A stretch of DNA of 63,262 nucleotides, the filler included, from Dirinaria sp. TL-2023a (lineage: Eukaryota): assembly GCA_051941275.1 (NCBI GenBank). It is 4 parts of 4 records of this genome, joined end to end, with 100 filler letters (N's around TTAATTAATTAA, not from the genome) between each part and the next. Parts side by side here need not be neighbours in the genome. Positions count along the whole stretch, not along the records: positions 47,553 to 63,262 come from JAVEBF010000532.1; 3 more parts are not named here. One strand, 5' to 3'. The position numbers and the translations under genes are program-made. Positions 58,102-63,262 of the stretch are shown here, one piece after another. Position 1 is the first letter of the stretch. Each line of letters begins with the position of its first letter. Under the pieces are notes generated by a model that worked only from the letters and a program-made list of their open reading frames with translations, had not been told where the DNA came from and did not search any database.

Positions 58102-61100
58102 GGCTTTTTGCTATGAGAGATGTTCCATATTACCCGATATAGCCCACGGTATAAATTGGATCTTTGAATTATTTGAAGATGCCAGTTGCATTCTATCTCC
58201 TTCTCAATGACGAGGAAGAAGTCGGCCTAGTACTAATTCTCTTTGACGATACGCTGAGCGTCATGTTTGACCCAGAGGTTTATTCCAATCAAAACAATGC
58301 CGATAATCCACCTCAAATTTATCGGTCTTCTGAGAAGCGAGGTTTCAAACTTTGTCTCCTGTCTGTGTTATTGTCTGTAGACCTCACTGGAACCGATGCC
58401 TTATACCTCATGGTTATCAGTCATTATATCCATATATAACATCATTATAAGTCACTCTGCTACTGGACGCTATCTCATTAATCATTATCTCGATACTCTT
58501 AGAGTTCTAAAATTTCTCGCCATCAACAATTTGTAGGCTTTCACCAAAAGAGAAGTTGATATTTGTAGAAAGATGAAAATGAGCTCAAAATGAAAAGAAA
58601 GACGAAGGTCAACAGTAACATTCAACATTGATCTTTACAGTGAGCCAAGATCTATCAATTAATCAAAAACACTGAGACATTAGGACGCAAGAGACTAAAC
58701 ACTCATAATCTTACTACACAGCATGACTTGAGATACTACAGATACTGAAGCAAATTGGTCAGAATATGCAACTTCCCGGCTCCGATTGGCACACTCAAAA
58801 TGCCCACGAGAAAGAAGCTTCCTTGAGTCCCGAAATGTATGAAGCATGTCCTTCGATTTGCCAGAACAGCTTCCATCAATAATAAAGAGCGTGAATGTAG
58901 GTAAATCATATCAGTCTGGAAACCTCTTTTTCTTCTTAATTATAGAAATATTGGTTTCATTTCTGTGCTCGCTTGTCATTCTTCAGCGAATACCTTTGTT
59001 TCTATCACACTTCCCGGACTCTCCGACGCAGAATTGATGTTCTCATCGTGATCTCAAATCTAAGCCTCTGCCACTTATGATATTTTCCGTCAATTTGCAC
59101 GATTTGTCGACATCATCAGAAATATTCGTTTCTCTTCTGTCGTACTATATGAATATAAGCAGCAGTTGCATTTCAATTGTCGATGCTTATCTCGGATATC
59201 GTCATCTAAGCAAAGCTCATAAGATTCGTGACAGTTTGGGGGTCAACGTCTATTTCGAACTAGGATTTTCTGCTAATTTATTTCCAGAGCGTCGTTCAAC
59301 AAGCAAAGCGTCTGATTCAACCTGTGACGCAGAAGCCTACAGCACAGTGAGCGTCTGCTTCATCTTCCGAGACAGATGGTCTCTTAGAGCAAATGCTAAG
59401 AAGGACGCTATCCGTTGAATCGATGGATCAATTACATCTAGCATGCGTCTAAAATCTAAAGAACATGGACTGTACCAGAGAGAAAGAGTCTATAAGTAAT
59501 TGACCATGGTTGCTGTCGCACGCATCTATCGAACACTGATACTGGATTTAGATGTTCAAAACTCAACCCATCTGAATTGTCGCATGCTACGAACAAGTTG
59601 GGTTTCGCAATTTTCTCGACTAGAATTGTAGCTTTTTGGGGAACAGTGTAAAACTTATTTTATGTAGCACAAAGGCGGATCCATGATGGTTATCAGAGAA
59701 AAATTCTTCTGCTGGCATTGCTCGACACATTCCTCGAAACGATATTCAGAATTACCTACTCATTGGGAAGCAGACTTTTCAAATGCGTATGAAAATCGGA
59801 GTCAGCCAAACGAAGACTGTTATCTCGGCATCTTCAGTAATAGATAATATCATCGATTAACGAGAACGACTACAAATACAAAATGATTTCGGATCTTTTC
59901 TAGAGAAGAAATCAGATCAGTCGATAATCAAAAGAAGTTTTATATCGTATAAAGATCCCATAAAACAAACTCTTGAAACTATTCGTACATCTGTCTGAGA
60001 GCGTGGCTAATCCCAGATACATCACTCTTAATTAGACGTTCAAAATAACGTCGACTATCAAGAATGTTAGCATGCAAGAAAGAAGTCTCGAGACACTCTG
60101 TCCAATATGTCAAGAAGAGCTACTGCAAGACAAACAAGTGACTACCACTGTCTGCAGCCATCTGTTTCAACCGGATTGCATTCAGGATTAGGTCACGCGC
60201 CACGCTTTAAATGCTTTTTCTGTCATACTCTACTGAGTCGCGAGGTTCTTGTTCAACCTGTTGTCAGTATACTGTGTTTACCCATTGAAAGACTTCCCGT
60301 TCACGGTAATGGCTGGATCGATGTACAGCGGAAAAAAAGATCATATCACAAGATTTCGCTATCAGATCCGCTTCGTCACTTAATCAGATACGGTTATAAA
60401 TAAATTATATCTCAAGAAGCAAGAGAACAGAATAACTTTCAGTTTTGTGAAGAAGAATACGAACCAGTAGAATCGACAAAGAGCTCCAAGAATTAATACA
60501 TTAGGAATCACAGCGAAGACGCACAAGTCTATCAATTCATTATCACGATACCAAGCTCGAGACGATTATCGACAAAAAAGGAAACACAGGAACAGCCAAT
60601 ACAGCTTCAAAAACATCTCTCAGCAGACCGCTCTGACTGAATCGAATTGCATGCTCTTGTCAACGTTTGCGATTCAGAATCAAAAAGCTCGTCGCAAATT
60701 CGGATTTGGGTTGCCACGAGACTTCAATCCAGGACAAGATCTCAATTATAGATACGAGAACTATTATTTTTGTACTCTCCTCGTATTCGAGCCTACGGAG
60801 TACGGATCGAATCTGCTCATAAACGAAGTGACTCTGAACCAGGAAATTTACAGCTGAGACGTTGTGTTGTGTAAAGCACTCTCGATGTCCCGACTGATAA
60901 ATTGAATCAGCGACAACGAAAACATCGCTAGAGATCAACCGAAAGAGAAGAATATCTGTCTTTGTTTCAATTATATCAAGTATCTTTCAATTATTTGTTA
61001 TCGTTTTGGGAGACTACAATATATGTTCCAGCCAAAGTCTCTACTTCTCAAACCTAGAGTGGAACTTTGCTAATTGCCTTTTCTTCTTTCATTGCATGAT

Positions 61101-63262
61101 TATATCGATCCCAATCTATGTTTTGCTTTTTATTGGTCAGCGTACAGAAGATCCAATTCAATCATTTAAGAAAATGTGTACTCCTCTTGCAGAACAAGGC
61201 AATTATTATCTCGAGGAGTCTACTAAATATTGATAAAATACTAAAAACCTGGCGACGAATACTTTAAAGAGGGCAATGAGGAGATGGCTAGTCCATCAGA
61301 AGAAGAGATACCAGGATGAAGAAGTTGAGGTCATTGAGAAGAAGAGCGAACATGGTGTCAAGAAAAACATTAAGAATGACATTCGGGTCAAAACCGCAGT
61401 TCAGGAGAATTTACCATTGTTGCTGTATACTAAATAAATTTAAGCTCCTTAGGTTGATCGTGAACATTATTAGAAGGCAAGAATTTTTGTCTTTCGTTCT
61501 TTCTGCAATTTTAAAGATCGGATCCGTTCAGATTGAATTTCTCTGCTTTGGCTGTCGACTCTGCACCTTAATTTCCAAACGTATCTTGCGATTGTTTCCA
61601 ACAGCGAAAAATGTGTTGCAGTCAGACCAAATCTCTTTAAGAGGACTCTCAAGCAGCGTTAAGCAGAACAGATCAAGTACTCAGTGATTCGAATTTCAAT
61701 AAAATCTGTCGAAAATCATACATTCGGGAGTTTAAATGAATGCTTCGCAAGATAGAAAAGAATGATTATTAGAGGCTTGACGATCTGAGGAAAGTTCGAC
61801 AAGAAAAGAAGAGTTTGAGATAGTCTTTCGCAGTGATCGAGGTCAGCTTGAAAGCATAACCCTCGATATCAAAATTATTTTATGAGAAGGTCGCTTACGA
61901 GAGTAAACAGCGCTCGTTAGTACTTCATCAATAACATTCAAGAGCTGTGAATGATGCAGTTCAATTCTGTCTATCTATCGACTGAGCAACACAGATCTTA
62001 TCTCGCTAATCCCTAATCTCAGAACAAACTCAACTCCACACCTGTTCATCCAAAGCGATACTTCCATCCGCTTTGAAAGCTCGCAAAGACTCTCATTACT
62101 ATACAAATAAAGAAACAGAAACTTAAAATCACGCTTTATCATATACAAGAACTATAAACAATCATATCTCAAGACTCAGAGTCGAACTCGAACTAAGTTC
62201 GATAACTTACGAATTCAGTCAAAGCTCGATATAAAGCTGAAGCGAGTAAAGAGACTGATACTGAACATATCTCTGACGACTAATATACACTTTCTCAAAA
62301 TTGTCGAGTTAGTATTATTCGTATCACTAACATCTCTCACTTCAACGTTCGAGCTATAAGTCTCGAATAGTCATATGTCAGAGTCTAGAGACTTGATATA
62401 AACATACAAAATATATTAAAATCAGGCTGGAGGCTCGAGACTGAGATAGAAGAGCAGAAACTAAACAACTAAATCGACGCTGTCGTGATCATCGAGTAGG
62501 AAGTCTTATCAAGATTCTTTAACAAGAAAGTCTAATTGTGAAAAACGTCATTGTCGTTATGACTGAGTTCGATCTTTTTTCAATGAAGTTAACGAAATGT
62601 AATGAAGACACGAAGACGAAGATCAAATCACATCAAGGTCAGTTGTGTCCAATGATCTACGTAACCAGTATTTTCAAAGGAAGTAAAACGACTCATCGCA
62701 CTGGAGATACACCCTGGTAATACAGAAATAAATGCTAATAGAGACGAGAATTGAAATCTCAAAAGCTTTGACATATGGTACCTGCCAGCCAACGAGTCAC
62801 ATTTTTCTCCCCCCAGAAGATTGTCATTGGATAAACATTCAATTCAACTGATGGGCGTACTCTCTAATTCCTTGAGGAAAAATTCATTCTAAACATTGAC
62901 GAGTAGCTCGACGAGAAAACCATATCTAATATTCTTTGAACCATCGTTAAAAACTTAAAAGCCTCCAAACTGCATAAAAATCACATTTTCATATCGAGAA
63001 AATCACATGCTATCTGTCAAAGTCGCGATTCGCAGACCATAGAATTAATAATTCCACTACGCAGTTCAGTCTCGTCAAAATTTTTGAAAAGTTTGATAGC
63101 AAGTTACGCTGTAAATCTTGAAGCATGAACGAATCTCAATCGATGCTACAAATCTCTCTCGTCCGCTCCATGATAGTAATAGAAGTCTACAGCGAGCTTG
63201 GACCCAGTTATGACACGTTGCAAAACATAAAATCAATATCGATTATTGATATGACTTATAAT
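58100..63262. other. AT-rich hypermutated region (RIP-like), probable relic of repetitive or mobile DNA
   Basis: Intact genes disappear, GC drops, CC/GG dinucleotides are depleted, and broken frames occur. No transposase, RT or recombinase motif could be recognised. Confidence 0.6.
60072..60874 (+). pseudogene. RING-finger gene relic
   Basis: MQERSLETLCPICQEELLQDKQVTTTVCSHLFQPDCIQD*VTRH, then a frameshift to FKCFFCHT; that frame continues ~220 codons with few stops. Confidence 0.7.

Noticed and set aside
1..63262. tRNA, rRNA, CRISPR arrays or intact transposons
   Set aside because: None recognisable by eye; the DNA is eukaryotic and shows no repeat-spacer arrays or transposase/RT ORFs.

Overview
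Filamentous ascomycete (Pezizomycotina) nuclear DNA; a lichen-forming Lecanoromycete is plausible but only inferred. The window is not contiguous. Four contigs (15770, 15742, 15740 and 15710 bp, in descending length) are joined by identical artificial N44-TTAATTAATTAA-N44 linkers. It holds about 29 protein-coding genes, many with spliceosomal introns. Conserved genes include RTT109, MRPL15, MRP7/bL27m, a CMT1-like GT69, flbB-like bZIP, TAF7, TAF3, palC, NDUFB10, PRX1, APS2, PPM1, KXD1, a TBC RabGAP, DET1-like phosphatase, an amino-acid permease and RPE1. Accessory genes include a NmrA-like reductase, a P450, an FMO, a phytase-like secreted protein, a tandem-domain Cys-patterned secreted protein, an 11-mer-repeat protein and a PIR/GPI wall protein. 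The last ~6 kb is a decayed AT-rich region with pseudogene relics, including a RING finger. Part of it is strikingly depleted of CC/GG while CpG and CpA persist, which suggests a non-canonical RIP-like mutator. All calls come from reading motifs by eye; no database searches were run.
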